A stretch of 64,000 bases of DNA from Eledone cirrhosa. Lineage: Eukaryota. The translations under genes were made by a program, and so were the position numbers. The notes below the pieces were generated by a model, which was given only the letters and a program-made list of their open reading frames with translations, did no database searches and was not told where the DNA came from. The stretch's first letter is position 1. Every line of letters starts with the position of its first letter. This document shows, piece by piece, positions 63,986 to 64,000 of this stretch. The stretch covers positions 363,010,001 through 363,074,000 of the forward strand of contig OZ024740.1 of assembly GCA_964016885.1 (NCBI GenBank), in the 5' to 3' direction.

Positions 63986-64000
63986 CTATTGACCAGTTAA

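Overview
Gene-free, microsatellite-rich eukaryotic DNA. The SINE/RTE repertoire and (TA)n/(CA)n density suggest an octopod cephalopod (inference). The window is a dense nest of Penelope-like retroelements (PLEs: RT + GIY-YIG endonuclease) from roughly ten families, nearly all abutting (TA)n tracts. It holds one intact, very young Naiad-like element (11572-16477), a second copy of it folded into a ~2.65-kb inverted repeat (37539-43000), two degraded elements with a coiled-coil ORF1 upstream of pol (2821-8490 and 49919-53556), one C-rich endonuclease-less element (23278-28188) and many 150-800-bp asymmetric hairpin remnants of PLE ends. Reading by hand finds about 20 type I hammerhead ribozyme motifs. 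They include U3-A8 core variants, long stem II insertions and a different palindromic loop III in most families. The most novel signals are (i) a conserved U-UUU-UUA slippery heptamer at the ORF1/pol junction of two diverged PLE families, suggesting gag-pol-like -1 frameshifting, and (ii) the ribozyme/hairpin/(TA)n-targeting system shared across families. RTE, CRE and other LINE fragments, tRNA-SINEs, Helentron-like elements and MITEs fill the rest. Family letters (A-N) are my own labels. All folds and alignments were made by eye.
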